Assembly: GCA_028534125.1 (NCBI GenBank)
Contig: CM052820.1
Location: 1,674,001-1,738,000, forward strand
Source of the DNA: Lama glama
Lineage: Eukaryota
Length of the DNA stretch: 64,000 bases
Direction of reading: 5' to 3'
Under the pieces are notes generated by a model. It was not told where the DNA came from. It ran no database searches and saw only the letters and a program-made list of their open reading frames with translations. This document shows, in pieces, positions 24,076 through 37,000 of the stretch (positions are counted from its first letter, which is position 1; each line of letters starts with the position of its first letter). A program made the position numbers and the translations under genes.

Positions 24076-27000
24076 GAGAGGGTGCGGTGACAGAAGGTAG
24101 CTCTGCTGATTTTCTGAAGGAAACGTGAGGTCTCTGGCGGGTAGGGGGCGGCAGGACTTGGCTCTGGACATGTCTCCCCCCGGGAAGGCCTGCCTGGTCC
24201 TTCCCCCTTTTCAGGTGGACCCTGGTCATCCGTCCTCTGCTTGTCAGACACGGGTAGGCTTCTGTCTGCTTCCTGAGGGACAGAAGGGGCATGGCAGGGC
24301 AGGGGGTGGTTAGGGACCTGGAAGGAGCCCACATCTAGGTGCCCAGAGGCGTGAGGTGGCTGGTGCGGAGGGAGCCGCCCCCTCAAGGTCTGAGGCACCG
24401 CGTGTCACCATCCTGGCTGGGCTCCGCCAGCCCTCCTCACTCTCACCCAGTCCCTGTGCATGACATGCAGTTCCCTCCCCCCAGCCCTCGTCCCACCCCA
24501 TCCGGTCGGTCGGCAGGTAAGGACACTAACTTTAAAGAAGGCGTGTCCCTCACCCTCACTCCCTGGGCTCTGCTCCTTCGCGTCTCGGCCAGACTGTCAC
24601 CTCTGGATGGCCCTGACCCCCCCCCAAGAACCGCTGTCCCGCGCTGTCCTCCTACCATGTCCTCCTCTGTCCCTGTGACCCCCCCAATCTCACCTTCACG
24701 TTGGGTTCCCCCGCTGGGACGTCAGCCCCAGAGTGGGACCCTACCTCGTTCACTGGTGGACCCATGCCTGGCATGGTGTGTTTTTGTCGGTGCCACTTGC
24801 TGAAATGACAGCGTACCTTCCCGGGGCTGCTCCACCACCAAGCCCAGCCCAGCCCCCACCAGGTCTTCAGGCTTCGATTTCCTGCTTCCCAGGACAGTGG
24901 GCTGCCTGGGGCGCATTCCCCAGAGATGTAGCTGCTGTAGCTGCTGTCGGCCCCCACGTGTTCCCAGTCCCCAAGTATGTCTGTGGGACAGTGCCCCGCT
25001 CCTGAGTGACCGGCTACCCCAGACCGTATGCTCACGGCAGGCCAAGCCCAGGCCTCTGCTGCCCACCAGGCCCTGGGAAGCAGGCTGACCACCCCGTCCC
25101 AGAGCCCCTTGGCCCACGGGCTCCCCCACCAGACAGCACAGGGCAGGATCAGAGACAGACAGGGCTGCTGAACACATCCCCCCCGCCGCCCCTGCCTCCG
25201 GACCGGAAGGGCACCTGCCCCCTGTGGGCGGAACGGGCGCCACCAAGTCTGCTCACCCCGAGTGTCAAAGGCATGTCACAGCACCTTCCTGATGCCAGCT
25301 GGCTTCCTAGTTGATCACATCGTTATCTGAGCGAGGGGGTAGGAGGTTTTAGGAGGACGGGGAACACGTGTTCGTATGTGGCACGTTCTTCAGCAGAATG
25401 ACGTGGAAGCGGGCTGGTCTCTCTGGACTCTGCTCCGTGACTGACTCGCGGCAGCCAGTGGCAGCTGAGTCGTGTTCACGCTCTGCTCTCCCGGGCACTC
25501 GGGAGCTGACGACCATGTCTGGTACCGTCCAGCTCTGCTTGTCTGGCTGGCGGGCCCCAAGCTCACCGTCATCCCTGGCGCAGTCTGCTGCTCCAGTGGT
25601 GTCACCCTTAGGGAGGTTGGCCGGCCCAGTTACATTCCCAGTAGCTCCACGTGGCCGCCGGACTTCCCCTGAAGTCCACGTTCCAGACAGCTGCCCCATT
25701 TGGCTGAGAAAAGTCTGCGGGGGAGCGGGTGGGCCCAGGAGCTGGCTCTGTTCACCTCTCCTTCCCGTGCTGGGAGTGACCAGCCCTGCCCTCCAGCTGG
25801 GTGTGACCTTCGAAGTTTGTGTTTTTGTCTTGAGTGCAGTGGTGCTTAGTAAGGCTTTGCTGAGTGAGGGAACTTTCTGGAGAATGCGTTACCATCAAAG
25901 GGCCGTTTGTGAAAAGGGGGAGACGTGCAGAGGCAGAAGTGCGTTTTTCTGTTGAAAGAGGGTATCTGAGGGCTCCCTGCAGCCTGGAGTCCAGCGCTCT
26001 GCTGTGACAGCAGCGCCTGCGGCCGCGGCCAGATGCCACGCACTGGCTCGGTCCTATGGAGCCGCGGGTGGGAGCGCATCCCTTGGAGCTGGGCAGGTTC
26101 CCTTTAATGCGACGTCCTCAATTCTGAGTGTGAAAGCTGGGGCTCGCTTCCGGCTGGCCTGACGGTGAGCGCATCCAGTCACCCTGATGTCCTGACCTGC
26201 TCGCTGGTTTGGCTTTGGCCCTGGACTCCAGCCTGGCTTTTAGGAATTTGTTGTTCCAAACACGGAGTTGCATTCGTTCTTACTCAGCTGAGAGAAGGGG
26301 ACTCGTAAGATTCCCAAAGGTCCTGCCAGATGAAGAGCTGGTTCGTTTGTCCAGTTTCGCTGCCAACGTTTCCACTGGCAGACGAGCCTCACCCCAGACG
26401 GTGGCTCTGCCGAGGGCCCAGTGCACAGCCCAGCCCGTGGGAAGCAGGGGGAGAGTCCGGCCGTGCAGGCACCGGTGGCACTGCTGAGCGGGGACCCTGG
26501 CGCACATAGGATGAGCATCTGCGTCTTCACAGGGAGGCTGCTGCGTGCGACGCCTCCACTGCTGTAGTGACAACCCTCCCAGACACCCGCCTCGGGGCCT
26601 GAGGGGGGCTGGCAGCAGCCAAGCTACCCCAGCCCCTGCCCAGAGCTTCTCCCGACGGTGGGGTGGGCGCATTCCAGGCGTCCAGGAGCCCTTCAGCAGA
26701 GCTGGGCTCTCTCCTGGGAGCCCAGAGTGTCCTGACTCCTCTGGTGGGGTCTGAGGGCTCTGCTCAGATGCCCTCAGTTTCCAAGGAAGCCAGGGAGGCA
26801 GGAGAGGAGGCCTGGGACGTTGGCCCCGTGTGCAGGCTCTTCCGCGTCCCCAGTCTGCACGCTCCTCCCAGGCCTTCGTCACCTCCAAACCCCTCTCCTT
26901 CCCTCGGACGGCCCGGAGCTCCCATCCACCCCCGCCCAGCCAGGCCCCACCAGGACAGGCTGGGGGAATGAGGCTGGTGCCTCTGGGATCCCTGAGGGAG

Positions 27001-27329
27001 TGAAGCTGCAGGGAAGAGGAGGGGACACTCCCACCCAAGCTGACCCGAGAGGCCAGGGCCCCAGAAGGAGAGAGCAGTGTGCCCGGGCTGGTGGCCGCGC
27101 CCCTCCACGTGGGAGAGAGTGCTGTGGAGCAGAGATGGAAACCTCTGGGGCTCACATCAGCCCTTAAACCCTCATTCTTGTCTCTCCCAAAATGAAGTAG
27201 GAAGCAGCCCACAGACCAGGCTGCCTGATGGGGGACGAGCAGGAGCCTGAGGTCAGGGGGACCACGCACTCCAGAGATGCTTGAGACTGGCAGTGCTGGG
27301 CAGGCACGGAGTGGGGAGGGTCAGTGGGA

Positions 27330-27660
27330 GCTCAGGCTGCAGCTTAGCAGGGGCAGGAGAGTGGTTCACTCGCTGGGAAGGAGTCTGAGAGAAAGGAGAG
27401 GTTTGCAAGAAGCTGTGCTGAGTTCAGTATCGGGTCGTGCGTGCCGGTGCCCCAGGCATCCACATCGAGCCCGGATGTCCAGCAGGCCATTGGGTGATGG
27501 GTCTAGAAATGAGGGCGGTCTGGGCTGCGCACCTGCGTTTGGGGGTCACCAGCATGTGGAGCCTTCAGCAGAGAAGGGATCCCGTTGCCAAAGAGCTCAG
27601 TGTGCTGGGCAGCAGGCCCCAGGCAGAATGGGGACTGAGGAGTGAGCGGGCTGAGGGGCC
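27330..27660 (-). mobile_element. LINE-2 remnant
   Basis: 'tgagttcagt...ggatgtccagcaggccattgg...ggtctgggctg...tttgggggtcaccagcatgtgg' resembles antisense L2. Boundaries are approximate. Confidence 0.55.
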
Positions 27661-28147
27661 GCAGAGGGCCGGAGAGGCCGGCTGTCCCCCGTGGAGTGCT
27701 GGCAGCAAGCTCATCACACAGCCCGGACTTGGCAGCGAGTGCCAGGATGTGAGTTTCTGGTGGGGTGGCAGGTGGAGGAGAGACAGGCGGTGTTTCTCCC
27801 AGAGGCCATGGCCGTGAAGGAAGGAGGGTACTGTCAGCCTCCCCCTTCACGCCCAGGTGCAGCCGAGGGGTGACGCCCGTGACTCGCATTGTGCTTCGCT
27901 CTGCTTGGCACACAGGTGCCTGATAGCACGCGCCAAATGCTGGGCGGTGTGCCTCCTCAGCACCACGGACAGCGCCCGGCACCCACGCGGTGTGGGTGAG
28001 TAGAAGGGGCCTCGGCCCAGGATGAGCGCGTCCCTGGGTGACTGGTCCCTCTGTGTCTGAGATGAGGCTTTGTGACGTGCCTTCTCCTGTCGCGTCACCT
28101 CCCTCGCCCGGCTCACACCAGCTCCATCCGTTACCTCTGTGTTGCAG

Positions 28148-28405
28148 ATTATCCCCAAGCCAAGCGAGCCGGCCCGGCAGCCCGAGAGCCACCCTGAGGA
28201 GACGGAGGAGGAGCTGCGGGAACACCAGGCCCTCCTGGAGGAGCCCTTCCTGGACCGGCTCTCGGGGCAGAAGGAGGCGCTGGCACTGGCCGGGGTGCAG
28301 GTGAAGCAGGAGCCCCTCGAGAGTGACGACGAGGAGGCGGAGCCCCCCCGGGAGGCGGAGCCGGGCCAGCGGCAGCCCACCGAGCAGGAGCTGCTCTTCA
28401 GACAG
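28148..28405 (+). CDS. HDAC4: HDAC4 exon 13 (258 bp): [25 protein letters not shown]...[12 protein letters not shown]...ELLFRQ
   Basis: ttgcag| acceptor and CAG|gtgacc donor. Contains the VKQE SUMO consensus (K559 equivalent) at 28301-28312. Confidence 0.96.
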
Positions 28406-28698
28406 GTGACCCCGCGGAGGGGGCGGGGCTGGCGGGCACGGGGGGCGGGGGGGGGGGCGAGGGGCAGGGGCAGGCGGGTGGGCAGGGCTCCGGCAGTGAC
28501 CTCGGAGGAGACAGAAGGGCGTCCGCCCTCCTACTGCCTGCCCAGGTCCTCGTCCATCTCCCCTGTGATGTGGGAGGCAGGTGCAGGGAGACGTCTGTCT
28601 CACAGCTGTCGTACCTGGAGACCCGGCCCCTGCCCACTGCCTGTGTTTATGCACCTGCGTTCCAGCTAAACACAGACCCTAAACTCCCTGCGGATGGT

Positions 28699-28798
28699 NN
28701 NNNNNNNNNNNNNNNNNNNNNNNNNNNNNNNNNNNNNNNNNNNNNNNNNNNNNNNNNNNNNNNNNNNNNNNNNNNNNNNNNNNNNNNNNNNNNNNNNN
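28699..28798. other. Assembly gap (100 N)
   Basis: N run. Confidence 0.99.
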
Positions 28799-31300
28799 AC
28801 TGCGTTGTTGACATACAGTGAAAAGTAAAGCTGCCAGGTCAGCAGGACACCAGGATTCACGGGCCAGCAACCCCGGGTTAGAAGCCCGAGTGCCCTGGGG
28901 GCTGGCTTGTTCCTGACAAGCGGGGCGTGGAATCTGGTATCTAGTCGAGTCATCCATCAGTGGCGCTGGACGCCTGGGGTGCGAGGCCCTGGCTCGCCCG
29001 CTCCTCCCTGCTGGACCTCGTGCCGGCTGCCCCCCAAGCCCCTCCTCCGCTCTGACAGCCCCGGCGGGACCCCTGCTGCTTGTCCGCCTCCCAGCAGCAC
29101 CTGCAGTGAAAACAGGCAGGTGACCCTTGTGTGCAGCATGGGATTAGCGCTGCCTTCTCTGGAGGCCTCTCTGTGGCAGCCGTCGGGCCCGCCCCGGCTT
29201 CTGCACTGCGGGGTGGGGCAATGCAGGCAGCTGGCCCTGCAATGCTTTTCCTGTTTCTCATCCAGAAGGTGGCCTGGCTGATTCCTCAGGCCATATTATT
29301 AGCGCTCAGCCACTGCTCCACAAAGGGCACTGGAACCAGCGCTTAGGGGAAGCTGGGAGGAGGCAGCACGAGGAAGTCGCTGTCTTGCCATCATGCGGAC
29401 TCTCTCCATGCCTGGCGGGCCGTCAGGTGGCGGGACCCGAGATGGGACTTCGCTCCCAGGCCGGTGGTGGGGCCTCGAAAGTTCATGAAGGACACCGGTC
29501 CCTTACTGTAACGAGAACTCACGCTGATGTGAGATTGGAAGACATTTTGATCAGCCTTTAGGGCTAGCGTCTCATCAGTGGTAAAGGGGTCAGCATGTAC
29601 CCAGGAAAACCAGGTTGAGACAGTCATCAAGAGCCCTTGGTTTCTGTGTCCTTTGAAGAATCGCAAGCACAGCTCCTTGTCAGGGGACCTCGGTGGCACA
29701 GGCGGCAGTCAGCAGATTTGAAACACGAGGCGTCACCGCTTCCTGCAGGCCGCGTGTGTCTACAGAGGGCTCTTTTCTGTGTGAGCCTTCCGGAGCTCCG
29801 TCAGCAGAGGCGGAGGGGGGGGAGGTGCCGGGTGCGGCCACCTGCCCCTGACTCCCTGCAGGGCCTCCCCAGGCTGCCCTGTCCCTGGCTCTTCCTCTCC
29901 ACTCTTCCGCTCCACGTCCTAAAGGCAGCGGGGGCACCGGGGGCACCGGGAGCCGGCCGAGGCGGTCTCCTCCCCTGTGGTTGCAGCCCAGCGACAACCC
30001 TGGTCGAGGGCCTGCTCATCGCACAGGGGACAGGGGTCTTCCCAAGTGACAGCGTTGCCTGGTAGGAATGAGGGCAGGGCTGGAGCTTAGGGTCGCCCAG
30101 GAGCTTGCTGTCTCTGGCACCTGGGCCTGTGCAGTGGGGTGTCCTGCCCCTCCCTCCTTCCCACCTGCCCTGGGAGGAAGCCCCTGCTCCCCGCAGACAG
30201 AGCCGCCCCCTGGCAGGGCACCTCCAGGACCCCACCTCTCCTGCCTGCCTCCCAGGGGACTCCCGTCAGGTCTGCATCCCTGGGACCCAGGCTCCACAGA
30301 CCTGCCTCCCACCTCCATGAGAGCCTGGGTCCCAGGCCCTCTCCCGTCTGCCCCACAGCCCCTCGTGGAGCTTCCCCTGCGTGTTTCTCCACCGGCTCAG
30401 AGTGCAGTGGAGAGGACGGGTGGTGAGCCCCGTCCAGCTTTGGCTGTGGGGCCCTGCGTCCCCGGCTCCAGGTGCTCCGGGTGGCTTCGCCTTCGGGCCG
30501 AGGCCCCTTGGTTTTCAGGCTCCTGCCTCAGGTTTAGGCCCTGCAGTCTCTCACAGAAGCCAGTTCTCCATGTGAAACCTGATTTCTGTGAAAAAGAGTT
30601 TTATGTAAAGTGTGTGTTTAACTCAGTCCATTTTATTCTGGTTATTTTGGCTGAAGTGGGGCCCTGGGGATTGCCCCTCTGGGTCCTGACTTCTCAGAGG
30701 GGAGCACCCACACCCCTCCGGCCCCGTGCCTCTCCTCTGCCTCAGCCACCCTTTCTGTCCTCGCGTGAGGACCTGAGACCGGGACGGGGAGGAGAGGGGA
30801 CGGAGGAGAGGCGGCATCTCCCACAATCACGTGCTCTCTCACCGAGTCCGGGCGTGCAGACCGGGCACCCTGGGCACCGCCAGGTGGCAGCAGGCCCTGC
30901 CAGGAGGGTTGGCTGTACCCTGGCATCTGCAGGGCGGCCAAGCCAGCTGAGTCCCTCCCGTCCTTCACACCTCCCAGCCCCTCCTGGGCAGCCCTTTCCT
31001 GTGGCTGCCACACCCGCCTCCACATGTGCCACCCCCTCAGGGCCCCCTTGCGGCCCCCAGGCGGGGTCAGGCCACCCTGTCATCTCTGACCTGGCTTGTC
31101 AGGGTCTCTCGGGAACTTCCAGTCTCGTCAGCAGGGCCGAGTCTCCCTGGCTCGCCTGCCACCCCTCCAGCACAGGGAGGGGGTCTGCGCAGGGGCAAGC
31201 GGAGGGGTGGGTGGGTGACTGCAGGAAGGGGACAGATGTCGCCCTTGCGCCGGGAGGCAGAGCGCCTTGCAGCGACAGAAGTGGCCTGTTTCCCCCCCAG

Positions 31301-31487
31301 CAAGCCCTCCTGCTGGAGCAGCAGCGGATCCACCAGCTGAGGAACTACCAGGCGTCCATGGAGGCTGCCGGCATCCCCGTGTCCTTCGGCGGCCACCGGC
31401 CCCTGTCCCGGGCACAGTCCTCCCCTGCGTCCGCCACCTTCCCCATGTCTGTGCAGGAGCCCCCCAGCAAGCCGCGTTTCACCACAG
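31301..31487 (+). CDS. HDAC4: HDAC4 exon 14 (187 bp): [24 protein letters not shown]...[16 protein letters not shown]...PRFTT
   Basis: cccag| acceptor and CAG|gtgagg donor. Contains the RAQSSP 14-3-3 site (S632 equivalent). Confidence 0.97.
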
Positions 31488-33420
31488 GTGAGGAGGGCGG
31501 GGGCGGCACCCCCTTGGGGCCTGTGCGGGCCAGAGGGCGAGGGGCCGGGGGGGCACTTGCCCTTGATCACCCCGCTCCCCCCTTGGCTTAGCCCCCTTGG
31601 CCTTGCCCGTGTGGCCCGGGTAGCCCCCCAGCATACGTGCGCAGGTGCACGGCAAGTGAGAACCGTGCTCGGGCACTGGCTTCTGCACCGAGTGTCCCCC
31701 GCCACTGCCAGGGCCCTGGTTCATCCGCCCCGCACCCCCAACCCGGTGGGGGGCCGTCTGCTGGCAGGACTCTCGGTTTCTGCCTGGGGGGCACTCACCA
31801 CGAGTCAGGACAGAAGTGTGGCTGAGCGAGGCGTCCACCAGGGTCTGAGGCTCTGACGCCAGAGCTGCCCCCGGGCGGTGCCCCCCCAGCCCTGGACCTG
31901 AGGGCGGCCTGGGGAGCTCCTCCCACGGCGCCTGTCTCACTCACCTGGTGTTTCTTCTCAACAACGTAGTAAGACAAACTTACGTGGACCAGGCCGTCCA
32001 TCCCTCCTCAGACAGCCCTGGTAAAACGCCCTGCGTCCCGCGCGCTGCAACGTGCGGAGTGAAGTGGCTGCGTTCCCCTTGGCAGGTCTAAAAGGACACT
32101 GTTCACGCTCAGAGAAAAGGCTCATAGTCATGCTCCAGAAGTCAAATGGTGGCTTTTCAGAAAAGAAATCCAGAAAACTGCAAAGTGCCCCAAACAGAAT
32201 CAGCGGGCGACGCTTTTTCAAAGTCTTAAGTCCTTGGCTGTTGGCTGAGATGAGCTCCTTCTTAGAAGGCACAGCTCAGGTGACCGACCCCGGGCCCGGG
32301 ACCACAGTGGAAAGGCTCCCACGTCAGGCGCCTCCCGGGCGCTCGGGGGTCCCCACGGGCCAGCATGACATCACCCAGAGTGCCGGCTGGTGGCCCCTCT
32401 CTGTTGATGGACTTTCTTGGTTTGTTCTCATTTTCACTTCTTAAAAAACAGGCGCCAGTGACAGGTGCCCCCTCTCGGCTGTCCTGCCTGCGAGGGCGCC
32501 CTTTCGCCCAGCGACCTACCCTCATCCCACCCCCGGGAGACCCGCGAGCGAGGTGTCTGCACAGCGCTGGGGCAGGGGAGCAGGCCGCCCCTCCTGGCAG
32601 ACGTCCCCGGGGCTGACCCTCCCCCCGGGAGGTGCACCAGGAGGGAGCGGAGCGGCAGCAGACCTCCTGGCCCTGCCCGCCCTCGTCTCCAGACAGGTGG
32701 CTTCCCCCGCCCCCCATGCCTCTTCAGAGTGACGTCGGTCACTTCCACCAGCCTGGAGCGCCACCATCTCCCTGCAGCAGATCCCGGGCTGGTTCCCAGG
32801 CTGCCTGGGCGTCCCTCCCGAGAGTGACCTTGTTCTGGGCGCCCTGAGGGCCGGCTCTGTGCTGGGCACCATCAGGCCTTCACGGCCTTCAGCTCCAACC
32901 CGGGTGGAAAGTGCAAACTCCTGTGGTTGGTGCAAGTTCCTGGTCCCAGGTTACAGCCTTCTCTAGGGTGACTTTAAACGCACTGGTGTCAGCGTGTCAT
33001 TGTGCTCTGCGCACCCATCCAGCTGCTCTGCAGGCTTCTGAGGGCAGGAACGAGGTCTGTCTTCTGAGCCCCAAGAACCTCAGACCGATCTCAGCCCGTC
33101 CACAGGGCGAGCTCCTCAGCAACGAGGCGCCCTGGCAGGCAGGCTTGATCTGGGGCCAGATCGCTCGTTCCTGGGCCAGCACAGCCCCGGGACGTCGCCA
33201 CACAGCTTGCAGCAAGAGAGCTGAGCCCGCGGCGCAGGGGGCCTTCCGCGCCTTGCTCGTCCCACTGCCCCTCAGAGCACGGCCGCTCAGCTCTCCTCCC
33301 CTCTAGCGTCCAGGCTCAGACCACGTGGGGAGCAGCGGCTCACCTCCCGCGGTGGGTGGGCCAGCGGCCGGGACCCCGCCCACCCGCCTGACCGCTGCCC
33401 GCCTCTGCCCCCCGCGCCAG

Positions 33421-33554
33421 GCCTGGTGTACGACACGCTGATGCTGAAGCACCAGTGCGCCTGCGGCAACACCAACAGCCACCCGGAGCACGCCGGGAGG
33501 ATCCAGAGCATCTGGTCCCGGCTGCAGGAGACCGGCCTGCGCGGCAAATGCGAG
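33421..33554 (+). CDS. HDAC4: HDAC4 exon 15 (134 bp): [45 protein letters not shown], start of the deacetylase domain
   Basis: gccag| acceptor and GAG|gtaagc donor. Carries the C-x-C...H ligands of the class IIa structural zinc site. Confidence 0.97.
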
Positions 33555-33700
33555 GTAAGCCGGCCCCAGGGCACCAGGGCTGCAGTGTGTGACTTCCTGG
33601 GGGGACACGGGGCACCTGCAGGTGCACAGGCCTACCCTCTGGGACAAGACCAAAGCTGTTTTCCCAAAAGCCCATGTCCCGCCTGTGGGAAGGCCCGCCT

Positions 33701-33815
33701 CTGTCCTGCACCCCCTGTCCTGTTCCCCCTCTTCATGCACCCCCGATCCTGCACCCCCTGTCCTACACCCCCTCTCCTGCACCGCCTCTCCTGCACCCCA
33801 TCCTGCACCCTCTCT
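33701..33815. repeat. Degenerate minisatellite, unit about 13-14 bp (TCCTGCACCCCCT)
   Basis: About 8 imperfect tandem copies. Confidence 0.75.
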
Positions 33816-35350
33816 CACATGCTTCTGCTCCTGGTCATTTCCCTGGGAAGCCATTCCCTAGCTGTGTCCCCCATCAATGCCCAGCCCCCACGTGCCCACC
33901 AAGTGGGGACCTGCTGTCCCCCTACCCTGGGAACCCTCAAAGCCAGGGTTGGGCACAGGGCGGTGCTGCCCTGCAGAGTGACCCTGGAAACCTAGAGACC
34001 CAACCACGTCTATCCTTCACAGCCCAGCACCACCTGGGCCAGGGCCGGAGCGGCACATCGCTGGGGGTGTGGGGGGCCTGGTCAGAATCCCACTCCCTGG
34101 GTCCAGCCCCACCTCCTTGCGAAGCCAGAGTATTTAGGAGTTGAGGGCAGTCTGTCTCACATGGCCTCATTTCTTTTCCAGTTTTATTGTGATGCATGAG
34201 TTTTGGAGGGGAAAGCAGGAACCTGGGTCCAGAATCCCGTCCTGAAGGCCCTCTGGGGAGGACAGGGACCCTGAAGTTGGTGAGGGCTAGAGTGGTGGGC
34301 ACTGGCTCCAGGATCCGGCGAGTCTGCACCACTGGGGGGCAGCATTGCCCCAGCGGACACATCCTGGATGCATCCTCCTCCAGGCGGGGCAGGGAGTCCA
34401 CCCCACAGAGCTCCCCCAGCCGGTCCCCTACCCAGAGCAGTGGGGAGGGTGGCAGGGGGTGGGAGAGCCTTTCTGCAGCCTCGTGGCTGTCTCCATGCTG
34501 GGAGGCCAGGCCGCCTGCCTCCAGCACCCTCTCCCTTCACCCCTGCACGTGCAGGCGTCTGCTGGGAGCCTCCCCGAGGTTTCCGGAGCGAGTGCAGCTC
34601 CTGGCCTGCCTCTAACTCTGTGCCCGGGAACACCGGCTGGCCCTGTGAGCCCCTCGTGTCCCCTGGCCCTCCGGGGTCACACTGGCTCTTCCTGCATCAC
34701 TCTGACCCCCAGATCGCCCCTCAGTGCACAATGTCAGCTCAAATCGCACTTTACAAACCAGCCTCATTCTAAAAGGTTAAGTAAATGTAGCTCAACTCAA
34801 GAGTAGTGATGTTCATGTCAGTTTCTGGGGAAAATCTGAGAACAGCCAAGGGGTCTGGATTTGAGGAATTTCCAAACCGAAGAAAAATGCAGACGGACCT
34901 ACTGATGGTGGGAAGGGCCCGCTGGTGGGGGGAGAGGCCCGCTGGTGTGGGGAACGGCCAGCTGGTAGGGGGAGAGGCGTGCTGCAGGCTGTCCCTCAGC
35001 CCCGCTCCCAGGAAGGCTGCTTTTCCTGACGCTCAGCGATGCTCGCGGGGTCGGGCTTGGCTCCCCTTCCTGGGAATTAAGTGGCAGCCCCACCACCCTA
35101 GGCAGCTCCTTTCTTTTTTTAAGAGCAGACCCCACCAGTTGGAAAGCAAAGCAGTAATTTGGTGCCAAGTCACCTGTGTGACAGTGAAGGTTAAAGCGTT
35201 GAAGGCTGGAATTATCTTTTTTAAAACGTTTTTCTATGTTATCATTAAAGCGTAAATCCTTTAAAACATTTTTTAAGTATTTTAAAGACACCGTGTTGGG
35301 TGATGTTGCCTTTTACTTAGCAATAACCGCACGACTTTGTGCTCATGTAG

Positions 35351-35788
<438 letters not shown>

Positions 35789-36681
35789 TGATTTCTTGCT
35801 TTGTGTTGGGTGTGCTGGGAGGAAAACGGGCTGAGAACCACTGGTTTTGCAGAGTCTGAAAAGTGGAGTTTGGACACTGGAGCTGGCCCAGGGCCCCCCG
35901 ACCCTCGCCTGCAGTGGCCTGGGGTCGGCCTGGGGCCACACTTCAGTGTTAGGGGATCGGCCAGAGGCAGCCTTGAAAGTACTCGCTGTGAACGAGGTGG
36001 CCTCAGCCGCCCCCGGGGCCAGGGGCTTCGGCTCTGGCAGAGGGTGTGGGGGGAGTCTCCCCATAAGGGGGTCTTCAGCAGAGGCAGGTGGGTCCTGGTG
36101 GGTGGGAGGGGCGCCCTGGGTCCTGGGCACAGACCCACCCACTCAGTCTGGGTAACTTCCACCCCAGCTTCCCAGCCACCTCGAACCCAGACAGTCGCCA
36201 CCCATGGGCTTCCTTCCCCACCCCCGCCTTTGCCCCCTGCAGAGAGAGCCCCCAGGAGCTCCCCCACCCCTGCCCCCAGCCAGAGCCAGAGTGGCAGAGC
36301 AGGAGTCTGGGATCAGAACGCTGGGGTCCCGGGCGGGGCAGGGGAAGGGGCGTGCTGTGTGCCGTTTCCCCACGTCTCGGTGGCTGAGGCTGGAGAGGCC
36401 AGCTCTGCGCCGGCCCTGCCCCGGGCAGGAGTTCCCTTCCTGGGGACCCGGCTGCAGCGCGGCCCTCTCCCTCGTGCGCGTTCATCTTCTCCTTCGCTCA
36501 CGCACTCACACGGGCGTTCATTTGTTGGCTCACGCACTCAGGGAGTGCGTCCTCTGTGCTGGGCGCTCTGTAGGCCCTGAGCCCTTGGAGAGCATGGGCT
36601 GGCGGGGCTGTGAGGAGATGTGAGCTCTGACCTTGAGGGGGCCAGTCGTTCTGCTTCCTGAGCCCCAGTGCCCACTTTTTT

Positions 36682-36703
36682 TGAGAGAGAGAGAGAGAGA
36701 GAG
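36682..36703. repeat. (GA)n microsatellite
   Basis: About 10-11 GA units. Confidence 0.9.
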
Positions 36704-36704
36704 A

Positions 36705-37000
36705 AAATGAAATTTATTGGCTCAGATAACTGAGAAGATCCCCCGGGGCATCAGGTACAGCTGGATCCGGGCCTTCAAGTCACCAGACGTCGGTCTCACG
36801 CCCCAGCTCTTGACCGGCTCCGGTTGCTGAAGACTCTTGCTTTGCGCGGGCAGGTGGGCCCTGGCAGCCCCAGGCTGACGTCCCACCAGCACAGCAGCCT
36901 CGCCAAGCCACGCGCCTCTCACCTGTAAAGTGGGCGTGCGGCGCTCCGCGACCGTGAGCCCTGTTCCCCAAGACACACCTGGAACCCAGGAACTGGGTGC
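36705..37000. mobile_element. MaLR (MLT1-like) solo LTR remnant
   Basis: 'aatttattggctcagataactgagaagatcc...catcaggtacagctggatccgggccttcaa' resembles recalled MLT1-family LTR sequence. The right boundary is approximate. Confidence 0.55.

Noticed and set aside
27503-28654. 383-aa antisense ORF overlapping exon 13, and the poly-Leu/poly-Cys antisense ORFs over exon 12
   Set aside because: These are shadow frames of GC3-rich, CAG/GAG-rich coding exons, with no independent coding signal.
30068-31591. 507-aa ORF, plus other long ORFs such as 22413-23540, 40277-41248 and 26280-27269, as novel genes
   Set aside because: They are Pro/Gly/Ala/Arg-rich translations of stop-poor GC-rich intron. The only protein-like part of 30068-31591 is the embedded HDAC4 exon 14.
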